Below, piece after piece: positions 63,929-64,000 of a stretch of 64,000 bases of DNA. Position numbers and translations under genes: made by a program. How positions within the stretch are numbered: the stretch's first letter is position 1; the number at the start of each line of letters is the position of its first letter. The DNA comes from a virus (Duplodnaviria > Caudoviricetes), in the IMG/VR virus record IMGVR_UViG_2974598881_000001, positions 12,269 to 76,268 of that record; one strand, written 5' to 3'. Under the pieces are notes generated by a model. It had not been told where the DNA came from, did no database searches, and saw only the letters and a program-made list of their open reading frames with translations.

Positions 63929-64000
63929 GGTATCACCTCTTTCATCGGGGCGCGTGCGGGTGTGCTCGCGACGATTGATATATGATAGCATGTTTACCAT

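Overview
64 kb segment of a large, apparently lytic actinobacteriophage (siphovirus). The likely host is a mycolic-acid-containing actinomycete such as Gordonia, Rhodococcus or Mycobacterium, inferred from lysin B, a split lysin A and a WhiB gene. 1-24 kb (+ strand): end of the major tail gene, tRNA-Asn, tail assembly chaperone with a -1 frameshift, a 2909-aa tape measure protein, minor tail genes with an embedded NrdH-like redoxin, and an 8-gene lysis cassette. 24-64 kb (- strand): Cas4/RecB-like nuclease, a WhiB regulator missed by the ORF track because it has no canonical start codon, DNA MTase, MazG, RusA, DUF4406, beta clamp, Orn-like exonuclease, SNF2 helicase, SSB, a MoxR-AAA/vWA pair, many small early genes with their own sigmaA-type promoters, two densely base-paired intergenic regions (candidate ncRNAs), an AT-rich repeat island at 56-57.7 kb (candidate origin or terminus), and a split primase (Zn-finger/DUF3987 protein plus a separate AEP) with a free-standing endonuclease VII. 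No integrase, CRISPR array or rRNA was seen. All family assignments come from motifs read by eye, not from database searches.
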